Assembly: GCA_965224025.1 (NCBI GenBank)
Contig: OZ245033.1
Location: 3,072,001-3,136,000 of the forward strand
Direction of reading: 5' to 3'
Length of the DNA: 64,000 nt
From: Candidatus Multivorans sp.
GTDB taxonomy: Bacteria > Acidobacteriota > Thermoanaerobaculia > Multivoradales > Multivoraceae
How positions within the stretch are numbered: the first letter of the stretch is position 1; each line of letters begins with the position of its first letter. This document shows, one piece after another, positions 28,304 through 38,713 of the stretch. Both the position numbers and the translations under genes were made by a program. The notes below the pieces were generated by a model. It saw only the letters and a program-made list of their open reading frames with translations. It was not told where the DNA came from and ran no database searches.

Positions 28304-29353
28304 ATGGCTGACCGGCTTCTTGGCGGCGACTCCCGCCTCGGGGAGATTCAGTTCCACGGTCCGCGCGGCCGGGTGCGCTATCTGACTGTAACGAGGTTGT
28401 GGCTGCAGCTCGCTGTAGCAGTCGCCGTCGTCTTCTTCGCTTTCTTCGTCAACGCCGTTGTGGCCGCGCCGGCCGTGGTGCGGGACGAGTTGTTCCGGGC
28501 CGACCACGTCGAGCTCGCCTCTGCGCGCCAGCGCTTCGGTGAGAGGTTCGAGGCGCTGACGGGACGCTACGAGGAGATGCGGGAGGTGGCTTCCGATCTC
28601 GACAACCGCCTCTGCAAGGTGGTTCTTGCCTACGGCGTCGAAGGAATAGCCGCCGAGGGCTGCGGCCGGGCGGCCGATCTTGGCGCCGTGCCGGGAGCGA
28701 CGATCTCCGAGGAGCGGCTACGGGCGGTGCGAACCGCGATCGAGACAGATGTAGAGGGCGTCGCCACGCGTTTCGCAATCCGGCTGGAGGCCGCGGTCGA
28801 GGTCGAGTCGTCACGGCCCGACCTGATCGGCTTCACGCCGTCCGCGTCTCCGCTGCGCGGCGACGACTTCGTTCTCGTCGCCCCCTTCGGGGAAACCGCG
28901 AACCGTGTGACTGGAGCGCCCGAGTTTCACGACGGCATCGATCTCGCGGCGCCGGCCGGGGCGCCGGTTCGGGCCACCGCCGCCGGCCGGGTGACCTTCG
29001 CCGGCCGCGGCGCCGCGCTGGGACCTGCGTGGAGACGGTACGGCCGCGTGCTGGGGATCCGTCACGGAGACGGCTTCATCACCATCTTCGGTCACCTGGA
29101 AGCCACCGAGATCCGCGCTGGTCAGCGTGTCGAGAGGGGCCAGAGGATCGGTACGGTCGGGGCGACCGGCTGGAGCGTGGAGCCGAACCTGCACTATGCG
29201 GTCCTCCGTCGCCGGAGCGATGGTCGCTACGAGGCCATGGACCCGCGGATCCACATCCTCGACTATCGCTGGGACAACGAGCAGGCTCTGGTCTCCGAGA
29301 TCGTGGCGGCGCCGGACGCTCTTCCGCCGGTGCCGGCGACCCTTCTGAGATGA
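28304..29353 (+). CDS. M23/LytM-family protein with TM anchor and coiled coil
   Basis: HDGID, FGHL, IGTVGATG, PNLHY. Confidence 0.85.
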   Translation: MADRLLGGDSRLGEIQFHGPRGRVRYLTVTRLWLQLAVAVAVVFFAFFVNAVVAAPAVVRDELFRADHVELASARQRFGERFEALTGRYEEMREVASDLDNRLCKVVLAYGVEGIAAEGCGRAADLGAVPGATISEERLRAVRTAIETDVEGVATRFAIRLEAAVEVESSRPDLIGFTPSASPLRGDDFVLVAPFGETANRVTGAPEFHDGIDLAAPAGAPVRATAAGRVTFAGRGAALGPAWRRYGRVLGIRHGDGFITIFGHLEATEIRAGQRVERGQRIGTVGATGWSVEPNLHYAVLRRRSDGRYEAMDPRIHILDYRWDNEQALVSEIVAAPDALPPVPATLLR

Positions 29354-29414
29354 AGGGGTGTTGCTGAGATAGAAAGCTGCGTTCTGGATCTTGGCGACAC
29401 GGAGTGAGTTGCGC

Positions 29415-30077
29415 ATGAAGTACCGAGCTGTGATCTTCGACTTGGGTGGCGTGGTCTTCGGATCGCCCCTGCATGCGATCCGGCGCTACGAGCTGGCGAA
29501 CGGGATCGAGGAGAACTTCGTCAACCGCCTGGTCGTCTCGGCCGGACCGGAGGGCTCGTGGCAGCGGATGGAGCGGGGCGAACTGGTCATGGGTCTGGGG
29601 TTCTTCGCCGCCTTCGACCGCGACGTGAAGGCTGCCGACCCGGCGGTCGCGGAGCATTTCTCGGCTGAGGCGATGATGGCGGCGATCGCCGAGGAGTCGG
29701 GGCCGCGGCCGCAGATGATCAAGGCGCTCCGCCGGCTCCGGGCCGACGGCTACACGGTGGCGGCGCTTACCAACAACTGGGTCAGCGAGGAGGAACGGGA
29801 ACCGAAGGACGCCAAGGAGGCGGCGATGCGGGCGGAGGTCCGGGCCCTGTTCCACGACTACGTCGAGTCGAGCGTGGTCGGCCTGCGCAAGCCGGACCCG
29901 GCGATCTACCGCCTCGCCCGCCGTCGGATCGGCGTGGAGTTCGATGAAGCGGTGTTCCTGGACGACATCGGATCCAATCTGAAGACGGCGCGGGCGCTCG
30001 GCATGACCACGATCAAGGTCGACGATCCGGACGATGCCCTGGCCGAACTGTGGCGGACGCTGGACGGCTACCGGTAG
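29415..30077 (+). CDS. HAD-family phosphatase (epoxide hydrolase N-terminal-like)
   Basis: IFDLGGV, LTNNW, GLRKPDPAIY, FLDDIGSNL. Confidence 0.88.
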   Translation: MKYRAVIFDLGGVVFGSPLHAIRRYELANGIEENFVNRLVVSAGPEGSWQRMERGELVMGLGFFAAFDRDVKAADPAVAEHFSAEAMMAAIAEESGPRPQMIKALRRLRADGYTVAALTNNWVSEEEREPKDAKEAAMRAEVRALFHDYVESSVVGLRKPDPAIYRLARRRIGVEFDEAVFLDDIGSNLKTARALGMTTIKVDDPDDALAELWRTLDGYR

Positions 30078-30204
30078 AGCCCGTCTCGAAGACTGGCTCG
30101 TCAGCGACCGCGGCGACGAGTTCGTAAAATCTCATGGCGAGAACTTATCAACTCTGGCTATTTGGTGCCGCCGAACCGCGCCGGCGTCGTGACAGCCACG
30201 TCCC

Positions 30205-31017
30205 CTACGGAGCTTCTGCCGTTCCCGGCAGGGCGAACGTGAGATCGACCATGCCGGTGAGGCCGTCGAGCAGGGTGACAGCGGACCGTTGGGTGCCGAG
30301 ACGTTCGTGCCAGGCCTCGATCGTGTAGGTGCCAGCCGGCAGGCCTGGAATCTCGAATGAGCCGTCGGCGCCGGTGACGGCGAAGTAGGGGTGGTTGAAC
30401 ACGGCCAGGTAGGTCGACATCCACGGGTGGACGTCGCACTTGATCCGGAAGGGAGGCTCCTCGTCGGTGAAGGAGAAGGTGGCTCGCTTGATGGCGCCCG
30501 GCATCGCACGGTTGAAGGGCCGGTTGACCTCGGACAGCGAGTGGACGTTGTGCAGCAGTTCGTCGGAGTTCAGGACCTCCAGCTCCTGGCCGACCATGAT
30601 GCCGGCGACGTGGGGCGTGTATCGGCAGCCCTGCTGGTCGATAAGGGGCGGCTCCGCCAGCGGGTAGGGGCCGCCGGGAAGGTTGTCGGCGACGTAGACC
30701 AGGACGTTGGCCAGGCCGGCCTGTTCGTCTACTTCGAGGATCTCTGGATAGACGGCCTCGGTGTGCTTGGCGGCGCAGGCCGGGTCCGCGTCCATGTTCA
30801 GCGGCTGCAGTTCGGGGAGTACCCCGTCGTAGCGGATCGAGCCCCCGATCGTGCTGGCGCCGAGGGGCGCCGCGGGCGGCTCTTCGGCTTCCGGAGCAGC
30901 CTGGTCGGCCCCACCGCCCGTGCCGCCGCCGCAACCGGTCAGGGCGAGGGGAAGGAGGAGCAAGAGGAGCGTCGCGGGCGGGACGCGGCGGAACGAGCGA
31001 AGCTGGAGATGAGTCAT
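30205..31017 (-). CDS. lipoprotein with carboxypeptidase-regulatory-like and cupredoxin-like domains
   Basis: lipobox LTGC; DQQGC, LHNVH...CDVHPWM; paralogue of 34678..35403. Confidence 0.75.
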   Translation of the reverse strand: MTHLQLRSFRRVPPATLLLLLLPLALTGCGGGTGGGADQAAPEAEEPPAAPLGASTIGGSIRYDGVLPELQPLNMDADPACAAKHTEAVYPEILEVDEQAGLANVLVYVADNLPGGPYPLAEPPLIDQQGCRYTPHVAGIMVGQELEVLNSDELLHNVHSLSEVNRPFNRAMPGAIKRATFSFTDEEPPFRIKCDVHPWMSTYLAVFNHPYFAVTGADGSFEIPGLPAGTYTIEAWHERLGTQRSAVTLLDGLTGMVDLTFALPGTAEAP

Positions 31018-31084
31018 GGAGTCATTCTATTGGCCTTCGGACTGAGATCGAACGGCCGAATTCGCGTTCTTCGGGCCGGATTCC

Positions 31085-31113
31085 TTGACCCGGATGGGGG
31101 CCGGTGTTAGCTT
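31085..31113 (+). promoter_or_regulatory. sigma70-like promoter upstream of actC
   Basis: TTGACC-17 nt-TAGCTT with extended TG. Confidence 0.5.
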
Positions 31114-31175
31114 CCGCGCGATTCGTGGCCCGGCTTAGCCCTTGAGGGTACCGCCGCCCTACTTCTTCGCCCTTG

Positions 31176-32636
31176 ATGGCACAGAGTCAGGACAACACTC
31201 ACGAGCCCGTCGCCGGACGCGCGCCGCTGATCGTCGGCGGCTACGACTTCCGTTCGATCACGGAAGCGGTCGCCGTCCCCGTTGAGCGCAAGACGCCGCT
31301 CGGCTGGTGGTTCTTCTTCCTGCCGTCGCTGGCGATGCTGGGCCTGTTCGGGGTCTCCATCGGCTGGCTGTTCTGGGAGGGCACCGGCATCTGGGGCCTG
31401 AACAACCCGGTCAACTGGGGCTTCGCGATCGTCAACTTCGTCTTCTGGGTCGGCATCGGCCACGCCGGCACCTTGATCTCGGCGATCCTGTTCCTGTTCC
31501 GGCAGAAGTGGCGCACCTCGATCAACCGCGCCGCCGAGGCGATGACCATCTTCGCGGTCATGTGCGCGATGGTGTTCCCGGGCATCCACGTCGGCCGGGT
31601 GTGGGTCGCGTACTGGATGTTCCCGCTGCCGAACCAAATGGACATGTGGCCGAACTTCCGCAGTCCGCTGATCTGGGACGTGTTCGCGGTGTCGATCTAC
31701 GGCACGGTGTCCCTGATGTTCTGGTACGTCGGTCTGATCCCCGACCTGGCGACGATCCGCGACCGCGCCAGGACGCGGATTCGCAAGCTCGTCTACGGCA
31801 CCTTCGCACTCGGTTGGCGCGGCTCGCACCGGAACTGGCTGCACTACGAGCGGGCCTACCTGATGCTGGCCGGGTTGGCGACGCCGCTGGTTCTCTCGGT
31901 CCACTCCGTGGTGTCGATGGACTTCGCCACCGCGCAGTTGCCGGGCTGGCACACGACCATCTTCCCGCCCTACTTCGTCGCCGGCGCGATCTTCTCGGGC
32001 TTCGCGATGGTCATGACCCTGATGCTGATCAGCCGGGTCGTGTTCAAGATGGAGGACATCATCACGATGCGCCACCTCGAGAACATGGCCAAGATCATGC
32101 TGCTGACCGGGTCGATGGTCGGCTATGCGTACGGCATCGAGATGTTCATTTCCTGGTACAGCGGCAACCCCTACGAGCAGTTTGCCTTCGCCAACCGGGC
32201 CTTGGGGCCCTACGCCTGGGCCTACTGGATCATGGTGAGCTGCAACGTGATCACGCCGCAGTTGTTCTGGTTCAAGAAGCTGCGCAACCACATCGGCTGG
32301 CTGTTCATCTCGTCGATCCTGATCAACATCGGCATGTGGTTCGAGCGGTTCGTGATCGTCGCCTCGTCGCTCCACCGCGACTTCCTCCCCGCGAGCTGGG
32401 ACTACTACCAGGCGACGTTCTGGGACTTCGCGTCGCTGATCGGCAGCTTCGGCCTGTTCTTCACCATGTTCTGCCTGTTCGCCCGCTTCCTGCCCATGGT
32501 GGCGACCGCCGAGGTCAAGACCGTGCTGCCGGAGGCGGATCCGCATCAGGGAGAGGAACTGGTGCGGGTCGTGCGGGGCGGTTCCGAGGCGGAGGCGGTG
32601 CCCCAGCCGGCGCCGGCCGGAGGGGGAGGGGCCTGA
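31176..32636 (+). CDS. actC: alternative complex III subunit C (NrfD/PsrC family)
   Basis: [71 protein letters not shown]. Confidence 0.92.
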   Translation: MAQSQDNTHEPVAGRAPLIVGGYDFRSITEAVAVPVERKTPLGWWFFFLPSLAMLGLFGVSIGWLFWEGTGIWGLNNPVNWGFAIVNFVFWVGIGHAGTLISAILFLFRQKWRTSINRAAEAMTIFAVMCAMVFPGIHVGRVWVAYWMFPLPNQMDMWPNFRSPLIWDVFAVSIYGTVSLMFWYVGLIPDLATIRDRARTRIRKLVYGTFALGWRGSHRNWLHYERAYLMLAGLATPLVLSVHSVVSMDFATAQLPGWHTTIFPPYFVAGAIFSGFAMVMTLMLISRVVFKMEDIITMRHLENMAKIMLLTGSMVGYAYGIEMFISWYSGNPYEQFAFANRALGPYAWAYWIMVSCNVITPQLFWFKKLRNHIGWLFISSILINIGMWFERFVIVASSLHRDFLPASWDYYQATFWDFASLIGSFGLFFTMFCLFARFLPMVATAEVKTVLPEADPHQGEELVRVVRGGSEAEAVPQPAPAGGGGA

Positions 32637-32637
32637 A

Positions 32638-33249
32638 ATGGGTTTGATGCAACTCGACGTTCCCGAGGCGTCCGGCGGCTACAGCCACTACGGCGTGCTG
32701 GCACGCTTCAGGACCGCCAAGGCGCTTTACCGCGCCTGCGAGGCGGTCAGAGACGCCGGCTACTCGAAGTGGGACGCGCTGACCCCCTTCCCCGTCCACG
32801 GCCTGGATAAGGCGATGGGGCTCAAGCCGTCCAAGCTGCCCTTCCTGGTGCTGGCGACCGGCCTGACAGGCGCCGGGGCAGGGTTCGGCCTCCAGAGCTG
32901 GGTCCACGTCATGGCCTATCCGCTGATCATCAGCGGCAAGCCGCTCTTCACCTGGCCGGCGTTCGTGCCGGTGACCTTCGAGCTCGGCGTGCTCGGCGCC
33001 GCGCTGGGGGCCGTGCTCGGCATGTTCGCGTTCAACAAGCTGCCGACGTACCACCATCCGCTGTTCCGCTCCGAGACCTTCGCGCGGGTCACCGATGACG
33101 GTCTGTTCATCGCCATCGAGGCGTGGGATCCGAAGTACGACGATCAGGCGACGGCGGAGTTCCTGAGCGGTCTGGGCGCGGTGGAGGTAGAGCATGTGCC
33201 GATCGAGGATCCGCCGGACGACGGCGCCGGCGGCGAGGACGCCCGATGA
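32638..33249 (+). CDS. actD: alternative complex III subunit D (DUF3341)
   Basis: TPFPVHGLD, YPLIISGKP, PVTFELGVL. Confidence 0.88.
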   Translation: MGLMQLDVPEASGGYSHYGVLARFRTAKALYRACEAVRDAGYSKWDALTPFPVHGLDKAMGLKPSKLPFLVLATGLTGAGAGFGLQSWVHVMAYPLIISGKPLFTWPAFVPVTFELGVLGAALGAVLGMFAFNKLPTYHHPLFRSETFARVTDDGLFIAIEAWDPKYDDQATAEFLSGLGAVEVEHVPIEDPPDDGAGGEDAR

Positions 33250-34466
33250 GTCACGGACCCCGCATCGTCCACCTGGATCAGCTCGTGATCCGCCCGGGCA
33301 GCACGTGGGCGCGCCTGCCGCTCATCGCCGGCGCGGTCGGGGTTGTGTTCGCTGCGGTCTCCGTGGTGATGGCAATGGGGTCCGAGGACAACGCGAAGCA
33401 GTTCTTCCACTCGTGGCTGGTTGCGGTCGTCTTCTTCCTCGGCATCGGTCTCGGCAGCTTGTTCTTCATCCTCATCCATCACGCCACCAGGGCGGGTTGG
33501 GGCGTCGTCGTGCGGCGTCTGGCCGAGAACCTGGCGTGCGCGGTGCCCCTGCTGGCGGTTCTGTTCATACCGATCGCCGTGTTCGGGATGCACGACCTGT
33601 TCCACTGGACCCACAGCGACGCCGTGGCGCATGACCGCCTGCTCCAGGTCAAGGAACCCTGGCTCAATGAGGGCGGCTTCTGGATCCGAGCCGTCGTCTA
33701 CTTCGCCGTCTGGACCGGGCTGGCGCTCTTCTTCCGGAACTCGTCGCGGCGGCAGGACGCGAGCGGCGACGAGGCTCTGTCCCGGCGCATGGCTCGGTTC
33801 AGTCCGCCGGCTATCGCCCTTTTCGCTCTGACCCTGACCTTTGCCGGCTTCGACTGGCTCATGTCGCTCGATCCGCACTGGTATTCGACGATGTTCGGCG
33901 TGTACTTCTTCGCCGGCACGATCGTCGCCGCCTTCGCCGGGCTTACCGTTCTCACCCTGGCGCTCGACTTCGCCGGCTACTTCCGGGGCGTGATCACCGG
34001 CGAGCACCTGCACGACCTCGGCAAGCTGCTGTTCGCCTTCACGGTGTTCTGGGCCTACATCGCCTTCAGTCAGTTCTTCCTGATCTGGTACGCGAACATC
34101 CCGGAAGAGACAGGCTGGTTCCTGCACCGCCTGGAGGGGAGCTGGCGGCCGGCGACGATGGCGCTGGCCATCGGCCACTTCGCCATCCCCTTCTTTTTCC
34201 TCATGCCGCGGACGTTCAAGCGCAACCGTGTGCTGCTGCTGCTCGGCGCCCTGTGGATGCTGGCGATGCATCTTTGGGACATCTACTGGCTGGTGATGCC
34301 GAACCTGCACCATGAGGGCGTGAGCTTTGCGTTGCTCGACGTCACGTCGATCATCGGCGTCGGCGGACTGTTCGTGGCGCTCGTGGCGTGGCTCCTGGGC
34401 CGCGGCGCGCTGCTGCCGACTCGCGATCCGCGCCTGGTCGAGTCGCTGGCCTTCGAGAACATCTGA
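33246..34466 (+). CDS. actF: alternative complex III subunit F
   Basis: DWLMSLDPHWYSTMFG, HLHDLGK, SQFFLIWYANIPEET; ATGA overlap with actD. Confidence 0.88.
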   Translation: MSHGPRIVHLDQLVIRPGSTWARLPLIAGAVGVVFAAVSVVMAMGSEDNAKQFFHSWLVAVVFFLGIGLGSLFFILIHHATRAGWGVVVRRLAENLACAVPLLAVLFIPIAVFGMHDLFHWTHSDAVAHDRLLQVKEPWLNEGGFWIRAVVYFAVWTGLALFFRNSSRRQDASGDEALSRRMARFSPPAIALFALTLTFAGFDWLMSLDPHWYSTMFGVYFFAGTIVAAFAGLTVLTLALDFAGYFRGVITGEHLHDLGKLLFAFTVFWAYIAFSQFFLIWYANIPEETGWFLHRLEGSWRPATMALAIGHFAIPFFFLMPRTFKRNRVLLLLGALWMLAMHLWDIYWLVMPNLHHEGVSFALLDVTSIIGVGGLFVALVAWLLGRGALLPTRDPRLVESLAFENI

Positions 34467-34677
34467 CGACCCGAAGGCGCGGGCCGCCGCGCCACCGATC
34501 CGTCTTGTTCCGCGCCCCGGTCCTTGCTACGCTGCCCCCGCTCCAGGAGAAGTCCTGCATCTGAATAGATTCATCCGGCGGTCGCCACGCGCCATGCCGT
34601 CATGGGAAACGCGCGGGCAGGTAGCCGGCCTCCGGTTCATCAACCTCTACATCACCTCCCTGTCAAGGAGCATCGAC

Positions 34678-35403
34678 ATGATTCCGAAGCAGACGATCCG
34701 CGTCTGTGCCGTTCTTCTCGCCATCGCCTTGGCCTCGTCCTCGGTCGTTCTCGGCGGCACGATTGCGGGCAAGATCACCTATGACGGCCAGGTGCCGAAC
34801 TTTCGCCCTTTGAGGATGGACGCCGATCCCAAGTGCGCGGCGAAGCACAGCGGCGCGGTCAAGCCCGAAATGCTGGTGCTGGGCGACAACAACGCTCTCG
34901 CCAACGTGTTCGTCTCAGTGACCGGTGGTCTCGAGGACAAGGACTTCGATCCGCCCTCCGAGCCCGTCGTCATGGACCAGAACGGCTGCATTTACACGCC
35001 GCACGTGATGGGCGTGCAAGTCGGGCAGCAGTTCAAGGTCAAGAACTCGGATGGCCTGCTCCACAACGTCCACTCGCTGTCGAAGGACAACCCCCCCTTC
35101 AACCGGGCGATGCCGGCCAACGTGACCGAGGCCGACTACAGCTTCGCGAAGACGGAGCGGTTCCGGATCAAGTGCGACGTCCATCCCTGGATGGGTTCCT
35201 TCGTGACGGTCGTCGACCATCCCTTCTACTCCATCACCGGCACGGACGGCACCTTCAAGATCGAGGGGCTGCCGGCAGGTACCTACACCATTGAAGCGCA
35301 ACACGAAGTCGAGGGATTCGGCGACGGTGGCATCTACAGGGCGGAAGTCACCGTTGGTGCGAGCGACACGGTCACGCAGGACTTCGTGTTTGTGAGGCCG
35401 TAG
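34678..35403 (+). CDS. secreted carboxypeptidase-regulatory-like / cupredoxin-like protein
   Basis: AGGAG SD, signal peptide, DQNGC, LHNVH...CDVHPWM. Confidence 0.75.
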   Translation: MIPKQTIRVCAVLLAIALASSSVVLGGTIAGKITYDGQVPNFRPLRMDADPKCAAKHSGAVKPEMLVLGDNNALANVFVSVTGGLEDKDFDPPSEPVVMDQNGCIYTPHVMGVQVGQQFKVKNSDGLLHNVHSLSKDNPPFNRAMPANVTEADYSFAKTERFRIKCDVHPWMGSFVTVVDHPFYSITGTDGTFKIEGLPAGTYTIEAQHEVEGFGDGGIYRAEVTVGASDTVTQDFVFVRP

Positions 35404-35463
35404 CCGGGTCGTACCGCCGGGTCGAAGAGTCAAAATACCAGGATCAGGAAAGGAGCGGCGTCC

Positions 35464-37221
35464 ATGGCGGAGCCCGTTCACGCTTCACCCGCACACGAAG
35501 AGCATCACCACGAGCAGAGCTTCTGGCGGAAGTTCATCTTCTCGACCGATCACAAGGTGATCGGCGTCCAGTACTCCGTTACTGGTCTGGCGTTCCTGTT
35601 CTTCGGGTTCTGTCTGATGATGATCATGCGCTGGCAGCTCGCCTATCCGGGCGAGCCGATCCCATTGATCGGCTCGCTCCTGGGCGAGAACCGGGCGCCG
35701 GGCGGCATCATGCTGCCGGACTTCTACAACGAGCTCGGCGCCATGCACGGCACGATCATGGTGTTCCTGGGCGTCGTGCCCCTGGCGGTCGGCGGCTTCG
35801 GCAACTTCGTGATGCCGCTGCAGCTCGGCGCGCCGGACATGGCGTTCCCGCGGATCAACATGATCAGTTACTGGTCCCTGTTCATGGGCGGCGTGACGAT
35901 GTTCGCCAGCTTCTTCCTGCCCAACGGCGCGGCTGGCAACGGATGGACCTCCTACTCGCCGCTCGCGGACATCGCCCTGAACGGCCAGACGGCGTGGCTC
36001 ATCGGGATGATCTTCCTGATCACGTCGTCCCTGCTCGGCGCGATCAACTTCATTACCACCGCGATCCAGCTCCGGGCGCCCGGCATGACCTGGATGCGCC
36101 TGCCGTTCTTCTGCTGGGCCCAGATCGTCACCGCCTTCCTGCTGCTGCTCGCCTTCCCGCCGCTCGAGGCCGCGGGCGTGCTGCAGTTGATGGACCGGGT
36201 CGCTTCAACCAGCTTCTTCCTGCCCGACGGCCTGGTGGTCGGCGGCGAGGTGCTGGAGATCAGCGGCGGCGGCAGCCCGCTGCTCTGGCAGCACCTGTTC
36301 TGGTTCCTGGCCCATCCGGAGGTCTACGTCCTGATTCTGCCGGCGATGGGCATCGTCGCCGAGGTCATCGCGAACAACTCGCGCAAGCCGCTCTGGGGCT
36401 ACCGGTCCATGGTCTATTCGCTGATCTTCCTCGGCTTCATGAGCTTCATCGTCTGGGCGCACCACATGTTCATCACCGGCATGGGGTCGGTGATGTCCAC
36501 CTTCTTCCAGACCACGACGATGATCATCTCGATCCCATCGGTAATCATCCTGAGCGCGCTGTTCATCTCGCTGTGGGGCGGCTCCATCCGCTACAACACG
36601 CCGATGCTGTTCGCGCTCGGATTCCTGCCGATGTTCGGCATCGGAGGGCTGACCGGGCTGCCGCTCGGGCTCTCGGCGGCGGACATCCCGCTGCACGACA
36701 CGTACTACGTGATCGGGCATTTCCACTACGTGGTCGCGCCGGGGACCTTGTTCGCGCTGTTCGCCGGCGTCTACTACTGGTTCCCGAAGGTCACGGGACG
36801 GAAGATGAACGAATTCCTGGGCAAGCTCCACTTCTGGCCCTCGCTGATCTTCATGAACGGCGTGTTCTTCCCGATGATGATCCAGGGCCTGAACGGCGTT
36901 TCCCGGCGGCTGGCGGACGGCGGCATCACCTACGACTTCGCGGGCGAGGTGGCCGGTCTGAACCGGATGATGTCGGTCTCGGCCTGGTGTCTGGCGGTGG
37001 CTCAGATTCCGTTCATCATCAACTTCTTCATCAGCATCCGGAACGGCGAGAAGGCCGGCCGCAACCCCTGGAACTCGACCACGGTCGAGTGGTTGGCGCC
37101 CTCGCCGGCGCCGCACGGCAACTTCGATCAGCCGATCGAGGTCGTGCGCGGGCCGTACGAGTACAGCGTCCCGGGTAGCGACAAGGACTACGTCCCACAG
37201 GCCGAACCGGCCTCAACCTGA
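35464..37221 (+). CDS. ctaD: heme-copper oxidase subunit I, A-family
   Basis: MHGTIM, PDMAFPRIN, HPEVY, WAHHMF, HDTYYVIGHFHYV. Confidence 0.95.
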   Translation: MAEPVHASPAHEEHHHEQSFWRKFIFSTDHKVIGVQYSVTGLAFLFFGFCLMMIMRWQLAYPGEPIPLIGSLLGENRAPGGIMLPDFYNELGAMHGTIMVFLGVVPLAVGGFGNFVMPLQLGAPDMAFPRINMISYWSLFMGGVTMFASFFLPNGAAGNGWTSYSPLADIALNGQTAWLIGMIFLITSSLLGAINFITTAIQLRAPGMTWMRLPFFCWAQIVTAFLLLLAFPPLEAAGVLQLMDRVASTSFFLPDGLVVGGEVLEISGGGSPLLWQHLFWFLAHPEVYVLILPAMGIVAEVIANNSRKPLWGYRSMVYSLIFLGFMSFIVWAHHMFITGMGSVMSTFFQTTTMIISIPSVIILSALFISLWGGSIRYNTPMLFALGFLPMFGIGGLTGLPLGLSAADIPLHDTYYVIGHFHYVVAPGTLFALFAGVYYWFPKVTGRKMNEFLGKLHFWPSLIFMNGVFFPMMIQGLNGVSRRLADGGITYDFAGEVAGLNRMMSVSAWCLAVAQIPFIINFFISIRNGEKAGRNPWNSTTVEWLAPSPAPHGNFDQPIEVVRGPYEYSVPGSDKDYVPQAEPAST

Positions 37222-37241
37222 CCGTTCGAGGACCTGAAGAG

Positions 37242-37841
37242 ATGGAAATCCCCTACACGGTAGAAGCCCACCCCGAAACGGGCCTCAACAACGGCAAGAT
37301 CGGGATCTGGCTGTTCCTGACCTCGGAGGTCATGCTGTTCGGTGCGCTGTTCGCGACCTTCATCATGCTCCGTCTGGGGTCGGACGGGCACTGGGCGGAG
37401 ATGCAGGCCGAGGCGGAGTTGAACATCCCCCTGGCCACGCTGAACACCGCCGTGCTGATCGCCTCAAGTCTGACGATGGTCATGGCCTGGGCGTCCCTGA
37501 TGCGCGGGCAGTTGGGTCGCTTCCGCCTGTTCGGTTGGCTGACCGTCGGTTGCGGCGGCGTCTTCCTGGTCATCAAGTACTTCGAGTACACGGCGAAATT
37601 CGCGCACGACCACTTCCCGGAGTCGAACACCTTCCTCGCCATCTACTTCACGATGACGGGCCTGCACGCCCTGCACGTGATCGGCGGCATGGCCTGGAAC
37701 GCCTACTTCACCGGTCCGGGGTCGAAGCTGTTTCATACGAAGAGGCAGTGGCTGACCGACCGGGTCGAGCACTCGGGTCTGTTCTGGCACTTCGTCGACC
37801 TGGTCTGGATCTTCCTCTTCCCCGTCTTCTACCTGCTGTAG
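37242..37841 (+). CDS. ctaE: cytochrome c oxidase subunit III
   Basis: WLFLTSEVMLFG, TGLHALHV, FWHFVDLVWIFLF. Confidence 0.93.
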   Translation: MEIPYTVEAHPETGLNNGKIGIWLFLTSEVMLFGALFATFIMLRLGSDGHWAEMQAEAELNIPLATLNTAVLIASSLTMVMAWASLMRGQLGRFRLFGWLTVGCGGVFLVIKYFEYTAKFAHDHFPESNTFLAIYFTMTGLHALHVIGGMAWNAYFTGPGSKLFHTKRQWLTDRVEHSGLFWHFVDLVWIFLFPVFYLL

Positions 37842-37890
37842 TGGGCGCCTCCGCCCTGAGCCCTGGTTTCCCTGGAGTGAGTCGCATCCC

Positions 37891-38220
37891 ATGAGTGAAC
37901 ACGTCGATATCGACAAGCACGTTCGTACGTACCTCCTGGTGTTCGGCGCCCTGATGGTGGGCACCTTGATCACCGTAGGAGCGTCGTACCTTGACGTCCC
38001 GGTCTCGCTGGCCATCACCATCGGCTTGTTCATCGCCAGCGTCAAGGCGACCCTGGTCGCCTGCTTCTTCATGCACCTGATCGACGAGAAGAAGGTGATC
38101 TACTGGGCCCTGGCGTTAACGGCGGCGTTCTTCATCGCCCTGATGGCGCTGCCCCTCCTGACCTCGGTGATCGACCAGGCCGGGGAATTCGCGCCAGGCG
38201 GAGCGCCCGCGCCGCACTGA
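37891..38220 (+). CDS. cytochrome c oxidase subunit IV family protein
   Basis: IASVKATLVACFFMHL, 3 TM segments, follows subunit III. Confidence 0.85.
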   Translation: MSEHVDIDKHVRTYLLVFGALMVGTLITVGASYLDVPVSLAITIGLFIASVKATLVACFFMHLIDEKKVIYWALALTAAFFIALMALPLLTSVIDQAGEFAPGGAPAPH

Positions 38221-38227
38221 TCCAGCC

Positions 38228-38713
38228 ATGAACCTGAAGGTCATCCACATCGTCTTCGTGGGCAGCGCCGTTCTGCTGGCGCTGTTCTTCGGAGGCTGGT
38301 GCCTGGCGCAGGGCGCCGGGTTCCTCGCGCTCGGTGTGGCTTCCTTCGTTGTCGCGGCGGCGCTGGTGGTGTACGGCGTTTGGTTCTGGCGCAAGATCAC
38401 GACCCCCGAAGAGGAGTGGAATCGCCGCCGCAAGCTCTTCCGCACCGTGCCCGTGGTGGTTGGCCTGTGGCTGTTCGGGTCCGAGCAGGCGGCCTGGGCC
38501 TGCTCCGTCTGCTACGGCGCCGCGGAAGGCTCGATGATCGACGCCGCCCGGGCCGGTGTGTGGTTCCTGCTCGGCGCGGTGCTCGTGATGCAGGCCGCCT
38601 TCGTACTCTTCTTTCTCTATCTCCGGCGCCGCGCGCGTCGTTTCCGCGAAGACTCTCAAAGAGACCCGGTGCCGCCCTGGTGGAGCACGGTTGAGGAGCC
38701 TCTCAAATCTTGA
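38228..38713 (+). CDS. membrane protein with a CxxC motif, in the cox operon
   Basis: TM segments, AWACSVCYG. Confidence 0.6.
   Translation: MNLKVIHIVFVGSAVLLALFFGGWCLAQGAGFLALGVASFVVAAALVVYGVWFWRKITTPEEEWNRRRKLFRTVPVVVGLWLFGSEQAAWACSVCYGAAEGSMIDAARAGVWFLLGAVLVMQAAFVLFFLYLRRRARRFREDSQRDPVPPWWSTVEEPLKS

Noticed and set aside
30134-30328. Short ORF MARTYQLWLF after a TAAAAT-like box
   Set aside because: It overlaps a real gene antisense and has no supporting motif.
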